A DNA stretch of 64,000 bases from Mobula hypostoma. Taxonomy: Eukaryota. The translations under genes and the position numbers were made by a program. Under the pieces are notes generated by a model, which was not told the DNA's origin, made no database searches, and saw nothing but the letters and a program-made list of their open reading frames with translations. The DNA is taken from NCBI RefSeq assembly GCF_963921235.1, contig NC_086097.1:98582001-98646000 (forward strand), written 5' to 3'. Positions 1 through 11,664 of the stretch are shown here, in pieces (the first letter of the stretch is position 1; each line of letters starts with the position of its first letter).

Positions 1-344
1 TTGCTACGGCTGTCAGAAGGCAACTTCAGCAATAGTTGGGTGGATGGTGGGTAGGTTTACTTTTGTGGTTCCAGTAACAAGTGTGGGATCCAGGGATAAA
101 GTTAATGAATTGAGTGTTGGCTGAAATGCATCTGATCATCTTGATCAAGTATATCCTCCACTTCACCTGCAGATGCCTGGCCTCCAGGCCATATAATGTT
201 GGCTTGTTCGCAGCCACTTCAGTTCAGGTAAAGTTGGAATAGATATTCTGGATAAGAATTGTGTTTGCAGCTGTGTCCAGACCTAGATCTTTAATTGATA
301 AAATTGGCTTCACTCTTATTCCGTATCTGCTAAGGTCTTGGAAG

Positions 345-450
345 TTGTGACAATCCAGGTGAAGGGAATCAACCCATAATGTCAACTGTCTATTTGCCTC
401 GACAGATGCTGCCTGACCTGCTGCTTTCCTCCAGAACACTGTGTTACATT
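345..450. mobile_element. Degenerate Penelope-like terminal repeat fragment
   Basis: acagatgctgcctgacctgctgctttcctccag motif shared with the copies at 13015-13060 and 19810-19860. Confidence 0.5.
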
Positions 451-566
451 CTTGTAATTTTAATTTGTCATGGAATGTTTAACTGACTCAGATGTAGCAT
501 AACTACTATAATAACTAGGTGTGTCTGATCAATAAAGTTTTGATACATTCTGTTTGTTTTCAACAG

Positions 567-740
567 AAGAAGAAGGAGGATAGTGAGAATGCAATGAAGA
601 GGAGGAAAGATGGCTGGAATATGTTAACACCCTCGTTAGCATCTGCCGATAACTCCAACATGTCCTCAGGAAACATGTCAGCAGATGGAGAGGAATCTTT
701 CATTAGTGTGGACTCAGCTATGCCCAGCCCTTACAGTGAG
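567..740 (+). CDS. INO80: INO80 chromatin-remodelling ATPase, internal coding exon (4th from last); gene begins upstream of the window
   Basis: Acceptor tgtttgttttcaacAG, donor GAG|GTattg, 174 nt, phase 0/0. Encodes KKKEDSENAMKRRKDGWNMLTPSLASADNSNMSSGNMSADGEESFISVDSAMPSPYSE, matching the recalled human INO80 C-terminal region (KKKEDELDGKRRKEG...SADNSNLSADGDDSFISVDSAMPSPFSE). Confidence 0.96.
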
Positions 741-917
741 GTATTGAAGGACCTATAACTAGGCTTTGCAAAGCTGGAGCATACCTCCACCACAAAAATA
801 ACCTTTATCGTATCTTAAACACGACCAAACTTGTCTCAAGATGTTTTACAAGCATGTTATGAAATAAAGTTTAAATAGACCACAAGCATGGTTAAATGAA
901 ATAAATTGTGTGGAGAC

Positions 918-997
918 GCAAACACAAGGAATTCTGCAGATGCTGGAAATTCAAGCAACACGCATCAAAGTTGCTGGCGTTCACCAGCAACTTTGAA
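918..997. mobile_element. Collapsed palindromic Penelope-like element
   Basis: aacacaaggaattctgcagatgctggaaattcaagcaacac is the reverse complement of 19855-19897. Ends in a perfect 13-bp hairpin, tcaaagttgctgg-cgttca-ccagcaactttga. Confidence 0.6.
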
Positions 998-1982
998 ATT
1001 GTGGGGAGGATTTTTTTTTAGAAATTCTGGTGTAATCAAGAGGCTAGATTAGGATAAAGTGGGGGAAAAAGGGTGATGGTAGTTACAGAATGGGTGATGC
1101 AACTAGGGATTTAATGAAAGTAGAGATTTAAAAAAAACAAGTAATTCTTTGCATAATGACCTCCACCTCAATTGATTGTCATATGTGTCACATGAAACAA
1201 AGCAGCCAAGGTAGGATGGAACATTCTATGGGAGAGAAGTTTGAAAGAAAAGCCTTCAACTCCAAGTACCAAGTGAGAGGGGTAGTTGAGGAAGAAAGCT
1301 TCTAGAACTAAATAAGCCTTATAAAATGATTATCCTCAGAAAAGAGTACAGAATCTAAATGTTTGTATTTTGACGAGCCTGAATTAGTCAAAGAATTAGG
1401 AAGAGAGGTGAATAAGTGGAACACAGGATATACAATCAATGTGGGAAGGACAGAAGGGATTATAATAAAGGAATTAATTGCTTCACATGTTTGCTCAGAT
1501 CAGGTCTGTATTGTATGTCATAGCTTTAAGAAATGAAATTGTTTCACCACAATTTCACCTGGCTTCTACAACCTTTTATTGGAAGCAGTCTTGCATTAGG
1601 TGAGTCAAGCTGATGCGTTGTTGCAGAAAGTTGAAATTAGAGGACCCACTTGGATAAATATTTTTGACCCAACTATAAAGGGCCCCTGTATGTTTATCAG
1701 AATGAAATTTGACAATCAATTGCCTGTGTTATTTTCTCTGTCCTTTTTCCATTCTTAGTTGACTTTATGAATTCTTTGCAATAGATGCACATATTTCTAT
1801 CCTATTGGCACAATGTATATATCCCTATTTGGCTGCTCAGTATAAATGATGTGCAGGAACTCTGGCATGGATAAGGCATGGATTGTTATTTACATGTGGT
1901 GGTTAAAGGGGATTTAATTGTGCACATGCATTGTTCCAAAAACACAGGTTGCCAGTGTAATCTATGATCTCCGTTCCCATAG

Positions 1983-2136
1983 ATATCAATGAGTAGTGAA
2001 CAGCACACGGGATCTATTGCACCCGATGAAAGCAGCAGTGACCTTGTCATTGTGGATGACCCAACATCAGCCTCTCAATCCAGAGCAACCAATTCTCCAG
2101 TCTCCGTTGCAGGCTCAACTTCAGATCACATGAACG
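1983..2136 (+). CDS. INO80: INO80 internal coding exon (3rd from last)
   Basis: Acceptor ccgttcccatAG, donor G|GTatgg, 154 nt, phase 0/1. Encodes ISMSSEQHTGSIAPDESSSDLVIVDDPTSASQSRATNSPVSVAGSTSDHMN; recalled human ISISSELHTGSIPLDESSSDMLVIVDDPASSAPQSRATNSP. Confidence 0.96.
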
Positions 2137-4326
2137 GTATGGCTCTGAGGCATCTTTCACAGTGTGCTATAATCTTTCCTACTAAATGTAACCGGCCAAA
2201 ACAGGGTGGTAATTTTGTAACCTTGAACTGAAACCTGGTGGTGTTGCGTGAGTTTGAGTCACCCACGATAGTGATTGTCACCCTTTCTGTTTAATTGTGC
2301 AGTTTCCTGTTTGTTTTGTTGTTCCACTCAAGCTTGTGATTATAAATAGAATTAGCAGCTGGGGATTAGTGGGAGGCAGGAGAACAATTCAGCTGTGATA
2401 TCAGTCTAAAGTGTCAATTTGTAATCTTCCCCTCAACCATTGGTGAATTGTTTTCTCATATCCTGCTGGTAATTCTTGACAAATGCCTGTGTATATGTGC
2501 CAATGTATCTGCTCGGAGAGACTGGGTGAGGGGGGCAGTCACTACCATTGAATAAATGTAGGATGGGTTAATGTGGGAAAGCCAAAAGTAAGAGCCTTTT
2601 CCATTATACATTGTATACTGAAATTAGCTTCTGACTCTGCACAGCATTGGATACCTTGTGACCAGTTCTGCTTCTTGATGTAGGTATTCAGCAAGGCAGC
2701 ATGTTAAAATCATGGACTAAATTCATTTCTGTAACTACTGATGAATTGAAAGTCACAGAACACTACACTGATGAGCTGAAAGTCATAAAACAGTACAGGA
2801 CAGAAACCAGCCCTTTGGCTCATGTAGTCCATTTTGAACTACCATTCTACACTGTCCCTTCGACCTGCACCCAAGATGTAGCTCTCCATACCCCTCCCAT
2901 CCATGTACCTGGTCCAAACTTCTCTCAAACATTGAAATCAACATCACATCTACCACTTGTGCTGACAGCTCATTCCACACTCTGGGTGAAGTTTCCCTTC
3001 GTGTTCCCCTTAAACATTTCACCTTTCATACTTAACCCAGACCTCTAGTGGTAGCCTCATGCAACCTCATGGGGGGTGGGTGGGGAGGGAGAAAGCCTGC
3101 TTGCCTTTACCCTATCTGTATCTTCCATAATTTTGTATACCTCTGTCAAATCTCCCCTCAGTCTTCAATGTTTTAGGGAATAAAGTCTTAGCCTTTTCAG
3201 CTTTTTCCTATAACTCAAGTCCTCACGTCCTTGCAACATCCTTGTAATTTTTTTCTGCACTCTTTTCAGTCATATTGATATTTTTCCTGTATGTAGGTAA
3301 CCAAAACTCCAAAATACTCCAAATTAGGCCTCACTAACATCTTCAACATAACATCCCAGCTCCTCTGCATACTTTGATTTATGATAGCCAATGTGCTAAA
3401 AGTTTTCTTTATGACCCTGACTGCATGTGACACCACTTTGAAGATCTTTTCAGATCCCTCTATTCTACCATATTCCTCGGTGCCCTACTGCGCACCGTGC
3501 AAGTCCAACCTTGGTTTGTCCTGCCAAAGTACAACACCTCACACTTGTCAATAAATTTCATCTGTCATTTTACAACCTATTTTTCCAGCTGGTCCAGATC
3601 CCACTGCAAGTCTAGATTGTCTTCCTCGCTGTCCACTACACCCCCCAATCTTCGTGTCACTACAAATTTGCTGATCCATTTTACCACATTATCATTCAGA
3701 TTATTGATATAGATGACAAGCAACAACAGACCCAGCACCGATCCCTTTGGCGCACCACTAGTCATAGGCCTCCAGTCAGAGAGGTAACCATCTGCTATCA
3801 CTCTGACTTCTCTCATGAAGCCAATTTCTGATCCAATTTACTACCTCAACTTGAATGCCACGCGACTGAACCTTCTTGACCAACTTCCCATGTGGGACCT
3901 TGTCAAAGGCCTGGCTAAAGTCCATGCAGACAACGTCCACTGCCTTGCTTTGATCAACTTCCCTGGTAACTACCTTGAAAATCTATAAGATTGGTTGGAT
4001 GTGACCTACTACACACAAGCTGCACTGACTGTTCCTAATTAATCCCTGTCTATTCAAATATTTGTATATACAGTGCCTTAGAATATCTTCCATTAGCTTT
4101 CCCACTACTGATGTCAGGCTCACTGGCCTACTGTTTCCTGGTTTAATTTTAGAGCCTTTCTTATGCAACAGAATAACATTAGCAATCCTACAGTTGTCTG
4201 GTACCTCACCCATGGTTGAGGACGTTTTAAATATCTCTGCTAGGACTCTGGCAGTTTCTGCACTAGCCTCCCACAGGGTCCAAAGGAACACTTTGTCAGG
4301 CCCTAGGGATTTATTCACTCTAATTT

Positions 4327-4465
4327 CTTGATTGGTCAGGGCATAAAGGGATATGGGGGAAAAGGCAGGAATTTGGGGCTGAGAGAAAAATTGGATCAGC
4401 CATAATGAAATGGTGGAGCAGACTCGATGGGCCAAATGGCCTAATTCTGCTTCTATATCTTATAG
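4327..4465 (+). mobile_element. Short CR1 3'-end fragment nested in the opposite orientation, 8-bp TSD TCTAATTT
   Basis: TCTAATTT at 4319-4326 and 4466-4473. The tail ...gatgggccaaatggcctaattctgcttctatatcttatag resembles 19200-19340. Confidence 0.8.
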
Positions 4466-5120
4466 TCTAATTTGCCTCAAGACAGTAAACATCTCCTCTG
4501 TAATCCGTATATAGTCCACGAGCTAACCGCTGTTTTGTCTCACTTCTAGAGACTCTGTGTCCGTCTCCAGAGTAAATACAGATGGAAAAATCCATTTAAG
4601 ATCTCCCCCATGTCTTTTGGCTCCATGCATAGGTGATCACTCTGATATCCCAGTGAATCAATTTTGTGCAGTACTATCCTTTTGCTCTTAACGTATCTGC
4701 AGATGCCCTTGGAACTCTCCTTCACCTTGTCTGCTAGAGCAGCTTTTTTCTTTTAGCTCTCCTGATTTCCTTAAGTGTTCTCTTACACTTATTGTACTCA
4801 GTATCTCATTTGCTCCCATTTGTTATGCATCTTTCTTTTTCTTAATCAGGGCCTCAATATCCCTTAAAAACCAAAGTCTCTCAACCTGTCAGCTTTGTCT
4901 TTTATTCTAAAAGAAACATACAAACTCTGTACTCTGAATTTCACTTTTGAAGGCCTTCTGCTTGACCAAGCACACCTTTGCCAGAAAACAGACCGTCCCA
5001 TTCCACATTTGCCAGATCCTTTCTCCATAATTATCTTGAAACTAATGGCATTATGACCTTTAGATGCAAAGTGTTCCCCTAAGCAAGCTTCTGTCACTTG
5101 CCCTTTCTCATTCCCTAATA

Positions 5121-5453
5121 CTTTATTGTCGCCAAACAATTGGTACTAGAACGTACAATCATCACAGCGATATTTGATTCTGCACTTCCCACTCCCTGGA
5201 TTACAAATATTAAATATTAAAGATATTAAAAATAGTTAAAATTAGTAAATATTAAAATTTTAAATTATAAATCATAAATAGAAAATAGAAAAATGGGAAG
5301 TAAGGTAGTGCAAAAAAACCAAGAGGCAGGTCCCGATATTTGGAGGGTACGGCCCAGAACCGGATCAGGATCCGTTCAGCAGTCTTATCACAGTTGGAAA
5401 GAAGCTGTTCCCAGATCTGGCCGTACGACTCTCTTGAACCTTCTCCCGGAGAA
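5121..5453 (-). mobile_element. Non-CR1 LINE 3' fragment (Rex1/Babar- or L2-like) nested in the CR1
   Basis: Interrupts CR1 sequence between ttccctaata and ggaaatctgg. Has a minus-strand AATAAA at its left end, an AT-rich 3' UTR, and an RVRPDLGTASF-like C-terminal remnant on the minus strand. Confidence 0.6.
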
Positions 5454-5610
5454 GGAAATCTGGTATCTCACTTTCTCTAGTTGGGATCTATATTTACTGA
5501 TTAAAGAAACTTTATGACAAACACTATCCTATCCAGCATTTTACAGTATGGGAGTACTAGTCAATATGTAGAAAATGAAGATCAACTACTATCATAACCT
5601 TACTTTGCAG

Positions 5611-5823
5611 GTGTTTCGCAAGACAAGTCTGGTTCCAGCATGGGCCCTTCAGGCAGGGGCAGGGGACGTCCAAAAGGATCTGGGACTACATCAAAGAGTT
5701 CAGGAAAGAATCGAGGGAGAAAGTCCACTGCTGGTAGTGCAGCAGCAATGGCAGGAGCCAGGGCAGGGGCAGCAGCCGCTTCAGCTGCTGCATATGCAGC
5801 ATATGGGTACAGTGTGTCCAAAG
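5611..5823 (+). CDS. INO80: INO80 penultimate coding exon, with an AT-hook-like RGRPKGS motif and an Ala-rich tract
   Basis: Acceptor ccttactttgcAG, donor AAG|GTaagg, 213 nt, phase 1/1. Encodes ...GRGRGRPKGSGTTSKSSGKNRGRKSTAGSAAAMAGARAGAAAASAAAYAAYGYSVSK, nearly identical to recalled human RKSTAGSAAAMAGAKAGAAAASAAAYAAYGYNVSK. Confidence 0.97.
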
Positions 5824-5924
5824 GTAAGGAACTGGCTGAACGCTTACTAGGAGCATCGTGCATGTCAGCCTGGGCTTAGTGTGACCATACTTGCCCTTAT
5901 TAATATTTAATTTGCTTTATTGAG

Positions 5925-6190
5925 ATAACAGCTCAGTACAGGCCCTTTTGGCCCTTTGAGCTACGCCACCCAGCAACCCCTGATTTAACCCTAGTCTAAT
6001 TACAGGACAATTTAATGTGACTATTTAACCCACTAACTAGTACATCTTTGGACTTTGCAAGAAGCCAGAGTTCCCAGTGAAAACCCATGCATTCCACAGG
6101 GGGGATGTACAGATGACATCAGAATTGAACTTTGAACTCCAGTCCCCCAAGTTGTAATAGCGGTGCACAAGCAGCTATGCTATATCATCA
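5925..6190 (-). mobile_element. tRNA-derived SINE with V-domain-like core and CR1-like tail
   Basis: catctttggact...gaagccagagttcccagtgaaaacccatgca core and acaggcccttttggccc tail; similar to 24590-24860. Confidence 0.75.
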
Positions 6191-7209
6191 GCCTTGAACC
6201 AGTGAGAGCAAGTTCATTTCTATTGGCTCACACAGTGTTGGGTTAGTCAACAAGTTGATCCAATAGTATACATGCATACTCTGATAATAAATGTACTTTT
6301 AACTTTGAACATGGTACTGATTTCACATCCTGGGATTAAATTATTTTCTGGAGTTGGCACTGTTACATGGAGTGCACTTTTTTTGTGCTATGTTTACTAC
6401 AATTGTGAAAAACTGACAGCACTGAGTCATATTATAGAAGGATAATTGTCATATTTGTTTTCTGAAATCAAGGACACTCCCAACATTTGATCTTATTCCC
6501 TGATGATCCCTTTGCTGCCCGATATCAAGGTATACAGAAGGACTAAAGAATCCCTACAAAGATCCCTTGCTCAGTGGAATTCATCACCTGGCTCTTTCTT
6601 CAAAAACAGAATTAATATTCTTATAAAACTGATTCAGACTCAGCAAATCTTCATAAGATAGGTGAATGAACTGCAAAATGGTTTCAGTTTAATGCAACAT
6701 GCAATACTTTGTACAGAAAATAAAACTGTAGCAGACTTTAACTCTTATAGGCAATAACTTATTATCTGTTATATCTTACATCGCTGATTCAAAGCCAACA
6801 CATAACCTTTGGGTAAATAACATTAAGGTTAAGTGGATAATATTATAGTTGTCAACAAGCCTGCACAGCAACCTTTGGTGCACTATAGACAGTAGCATTG
6901 AGGTTCTGTGGGCAACATTTGAGGTACTGAACAGCATTTGGAACTTGTGTTCGTATGTACTATAAACATAGAATTAAATCACCAATAAAACTGCTGAAGC
7001 TATTGCATGTTCTTCTCTAGTATGAGCTTGTGGTGTTTGTTTCATTCTTTGACATCTTGGTTTATGGGTTAGCATATTCCCTTTCTGAGCTATTCTTTCT
7101 GTTATTGACAGCTGGATTCCCATTGGCTGAATTCTAGCCAGTATAGGTCTCCCAGTGGCAGTCAGTTCTATCCTCAATTCTTTAATTGCTTTGCTTGAAG
7201 TAAAACAAA

Positions 7210-7756
7210 TGCACTCAGTGGCTATTTTAATACATCTGTCCTGTAATGCAAATATCTCATCAGCCAATCATGTGGCAGCAACTCATTGCAAAAAGCATGC
7301 AGACATGGTCAAGAGGTGCAGTTGTTGTTCAGGCCAAACATCAGAATGGGGAGAAATCTGATCTACTAAATAACTTTGACTGTGGAATGATTGTTGGTGC
7401 CAGAGAGGGTGGTTTGAATATTGCTGGCCTCCTGGGATTTTCACACACTACAGTCTCTAAGGATTATAGAGAATGGTACAAGAAATGAAACATCCAGTGA
7501 GCAGCTGTTCTATGGGCAAAACCACTTTGTTAATGAGAGAGGTCAGAGGAGAATGGCGAGACTGGTTCAAGCTGACAGGAAACTCAAAATAACCTTGCAT
7601 ACAATAATGGTGTGCAAAAGAGCATCTCTGAACACACAACACATTGAATTTTGAAGTGGATGGGCTACAGCAGCAGCAGAAATGCACAGTGGGTTTCACT
7701 CCTGTGTCCACTTCATTATGTGCAGGAGGTATCTAATAAAGTGCCTGCTGAGTGCA
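7210..7756 (+). mobile_element. Internally deleted Tc1/mariner DNA transposon
   Basis: Inverted ends tgcactcagtggc...gtgcctgctgagtgca. Frameshifted transposase N-terminal HTH region: KSDLLNNFDCGMIVGAREGG..LLGFSHTTVSKDYREW and ERGQRRMARLVQADRK. Confidence 0.85.
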
Positions 7757-8597
7757 GATCGTGAAATGACATATTTATACATGTTTAAAGACGAAAGCCT
7801 GAATCAAGGTGGCTTATGTTCATAATAATGTTCATTAAATGTCTCCTTTCTTGAAGGTGAGGTTGAATGCAATGTGTTGTTAATGCCTGATCCAAAATTA
7901 AGCACTTGCTATTTAGAATTTCAAACAGGAGACTGCCTGTAGGAGATAGTTCATTGTCTTACTTGGATTCAAGATCGTTCTAAACTTGCAGCACAATATT
8001 TCTTCTTAATTCTGCCTGTATAGGTTCTATTTCAAATTAGCTAGATTGCTGAAATATTACAAAGCACTTACAGTACACGAGATGATTCAGAAGATGGGAT
8101 CTATTTGAATGTTTCTCCACCCAACCTATCAGCATTTATTTCTACCCCTTTTTTCATTGTATTTGAGACACTCTAGAGAGAAAAATGCATCACAAACCTG
8201 TGTTGTACCCATGCTGAATCTACTTAATGGAAGAGCACACAGGGAGCTTTACTCTATCTGTGTTGTACTTGTCCTGGGTTGTGTTTAAAGGGACATTGCA
8301 GCACGCGCATCAGTTGAAGTATAATCTGTTTTGCACCTACCCTTGGAGTGATTGAGCAGTGTAAAAGGAACTTTACTCTGTAATTGGCCTGTGTTGTAAT
8401 GGATAGTGCAAAGGAAATTTCATTCTGAACCTGCCCTGGTGATGGAGATTTACTGTCACCCATTGGTGCCACACCTGCAAGGAAGCATTGGCACTTCCTC
8501 ATTTTGGTGAGTGAAATGTTGAGACTGAAGATCTGCATTTTAATTCTGGTTGTTTTGTCAGTGTTGAACGTTCCCATGTTTCCTCTTTACTCTCCAG

Positions 8598-8818
8598 GTA
8601 TGGCAAATAGTGGCCCAGGACAGTCTCCTCTCTCCCGGCCAACTAGCAGCAGCACATTTGGAATGATGAGCACCTCCCCCATGGGCTCACCGCACAGCAT
8701 ATCAAACAGTGTACCAGGAACACCACAAACCCCAGCCGACACTAGCACACCTGCTCTATCACCTGGCAAGAAAGGCAGCAGGGGTCTGGTTCAGCCTCCA
8801 TCGGCTGGGGGCCGGTAA
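8598..8818 (+). CDS. INO80: INO80 terminal coding exon to TAA stop
   Basis: Acceptor tttcctctttactctccAG, phase 1, in frame with the previous exon. Ser/Pro-rich tail ending PPSAGGR*; human INO80 ends ...NPSGGR* as recalled. Confidence 0.92.
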
Positions 8819-10900
8819 CCACCAGCATTAATGTAGTTGGTGGTGGGGGTGCCGGGCGAGAGGGAGGGGTGTGATTGTATTGAGAGGGAGGGGCGGTGGG
8901 GGTGTCACAAATTTCACATGTAAGGGTTTAAAATTTAAAAAGCCTAATAAGCAAAATCATGGAAAAAGCCTTTTCCTCTGAATGATGTGTACATAATGTT
9001 TACCATGAGAGCACAGATTCTTGGTTCGTTTTTTTTTTGAATGTGCTATTTTTTTATCGATGAACTTGTAAATATGTACAAAAAATGGAAAAAATCAAAC
9101 AGAAACTGCTATCTTTTACTAACCCAACAGAGGCTTGTGAGAATCCAGCTGAGTGATGAATAGTAATTTTATGAAGAGATTGTATGTGTGTGAATTTTTA
9201 CTAGTTTCCAGTGCTGAAAGGTAAACATTCTGAAGTCCTTGTGTTTAATTTGCAGAGGTATTAGCCAGTTGCCCTTGAGAACAGAAGCATCATTTGCCCT
9301 GTGTCACCCTCCATGCTGCCTCCTTTCCACAACTACATGTTACTGTTCAGTGGTGGTGCTGTTCCCTCCAGCTGCTAGGAGGGGCTTCCAAATGCATCTC
9401 TGTCTGATGTGCTGGTGGTCTCCCCTTTTCACAGACTTTACTGCTTCGATTGGAAACTCCCAGGCTGTTCACAAGTATTTGTAAATTGCTAGGACAGGCA
9501 GAACTTGGCAGCTATCAATTCACGTAGGGGTATTCCCTGACATAGCGCTGCTGCCTGGTGTTTCGATATACTTTATCACGTGTTGATTCCTGCAAATTAC
9601 CCCTCAGGTTTCTGACCTTTCCTGCATGCCATCAAGAAGAGCCCGATTGTGCACAGATAGCACTGTGACACAGCTTTAGCTCTGGTTGTGTACAGGAGTT
9701 TCTCTACCTGTTGTTTTTCCCTCTATGCCTTTGTGTGTACCCATTCCTGGACCCTCTGGCACTCAGTCCACTTTCCCTGGCATTCTGTCTGCTCTCCACT
9801 CTTTGTTCTCTGTCTCATTCTGACCCACATCAAAGGTCTTGCTGTTGTTCTCCTTTTTGCCTCCGATTTGGCTTCTTTCCCTTGTTATGAGCAAAAGAAA
9901 AATATGCAATATTTTAAATGACGTGTTTTTATGAATGTTAAAATCTGGAGCATGTGCAGTGAATGCTGCTGCTCCTCATTTGAATCTGTTGTCCTCTCAG
10001 TTGCCACCCTTGGTGTTGCCTTTCATCCCTGGTAGAACGCCAGGCTAGTTTTTCCATCCAGTGGAATGGATCTGTTGAAAGATTTAATGTATAATTCAGA
10101 AGACATCGTTCTGCTTGTACGGGCAGCTCTGTGAGATATGCTGCAACAGCCCTCATCACCACCCCTCCCCCATACAGTAGCTCTCCATTTGCTTCAAGGT
10201 AGAGTAGAACCTGAACAGAGTTAATCCTTGGAAGGCGCTTGTCTTTTAAAACATCCAGAGGACAATTGACAACAGAGGACACTAAAATTATGATGATTCT
10301 TGTCCCATACTTCAGGTTACATTCCACTTCCACCCCCAGTACGTGTCAAGTACAGAATCTTCACTGTAAGGCATCTCTGCTTTCTCATGGGCAAGCACAT
10401 GCTTTTTCCTTTTCCCTTGGCCAAGTATTGAATGGTGCCTGTTGAGGTGGGATCCTGGAGCCCTGTTCCAAATGGCCACGCTCTGTTTATTCTGGTCTGC
10501 TGATAATACACACATTATATCTCTGTGTTCCAACACTTGCATGTTCTGTTTAAGACTTTTTAAAAACTGGGCATTGAGTCAGGGAAATAGTTTTTAATTC
10601 TGTATTGGCCTGTGCAGAGATTCAGCTTGTGGCCAAGAGAACAAAGTGGGGAAGTTTTGAGGAGGATGCATGGAGGAGGGGGCCTGAAGGGTTATATGTG
10701 CAATGTATGCAGTATTAGTTCTCGGAATCAGTTCTTCCCTGCCCACCTCCACATTGTGGGTTGGTTGACTGATTTGTTTTACTGCACCCCCATAACTTAA
10801 CACAATCAGTTAATGAAATCACACATGATTTGTGTTCAACTTTAGCAAGACTGATTCAGGTACAAACTGTGTCACAATAAAATCAGTGTCTAATGAAATA
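8819..10900 (+). other. INO80: Probable INO80 3' UTR (end uncertain)
   Basis: About 2 kb with no recognisable transposon after the stop codon and A/U-rich tracts at 8930-9120. AATAAA at 10876-10881 is followed by GT-rich sequence. Confidence 0.5.
10876..10881 (+). promoter_or_regulatory. Candidate polyadenylation signal for INO80
   Basis: First canonical AATAAA I found after the stop codon, with downstream GT-rich sequence (ctggtgttcgtgcttcttg). Confidence 0.4.
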
Positions 10901-11013
10901 CTGGTGTTCGTGCTTCTTGATGTAAGCTTGGCTGTGAAATAGAGCGTTTTTTGGCAAATTCACTTAGACAGTGCATTCCCTCCAACTTTGATTCTTGGAC
11001 CAAGCACAACACC

Positions 11014-11195
11014 TACTAAATGACAATAAAAGAGGACTGCGTGTCCTCATAATCTAATAATCTAAAAACACCTGGACTAAACCAGGGCAACAGAGGGACT
11101 AAATGCATTACTAAATGACAATAAAAGAGTACTGTGTGTCCTCATAATCTAATAATCTAAAAACACCTCGGCTAAACCAGGGCAACAGAGGGACT
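11014..11195 (+). repeat. Direct tandem duplication, two ~87-bp copies with period 95
   Basis: tactaaatgacaataaaagag...ctaaaccagggcaacagagggact at 11014-11100 and 11109-11195, with a few substitutions. Confidence 0.9.
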
Positions 11196-11664
11196 GGAAC
11201 AGTCAAACTGTGCACTGAGATAAGGTTTCAGGTGGTTTCCAATTTAGTTCCTTTCTGAGTGACCCTTGCTAGAAAGAGCCTGAAAACAGGTGTGAGATGA
11301 AAGTCAAATCCAATTCCTTGTTCCCACAGTAGAACAGACAGCCAGCATTTATTTTTGAAATTTTTCATAAAGAATGGCCCCTGGGCTGAAGACTGACTCA
11401 TTCTGATTCCTGTGGTGTAGTACCTCACCAAGGACGATGTGTGGGAGCTGTGAAGTCCAGTCTGTACCGTCCATATGTTATGGAGGAAGGCGACGAGACC
11501 ACAGCAGCAAAATAATGGGAGGAAATGAATGTGTAATTGGGAGCAATAGTGTAACAGCTCTGCAATGTGAGGGAGGATATGCATGTAAAGGGAAGGTTGA
11601 GTAGCAACTGAATAATGTGAGGGAGCTGACAAATTTGGAAACCATTTGAAGGACGTGTGCCTGC

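Larger units (their letters stand above)
2781..5520 (-). mobile_element. 5'-truncated, decayed CR1 LINE in an INO80 intron, carrying two nested insertions
   Basis: Minus-strand RT fragments (SDWRPMTSGAPKGSVLG; KSLGPDK...KPGNSRPVSLTSVVGKLMEDIL) and an endonuclease C-terminal fragment. CR1-type 3' tail near 2781. Confidence 0.9.

Noticed and set aside
5600..5863. Minus-strand Ala/Pro-rich 87-aa ORF
   Set aside because: Antisense shadow of the INO80 penultimate exon.
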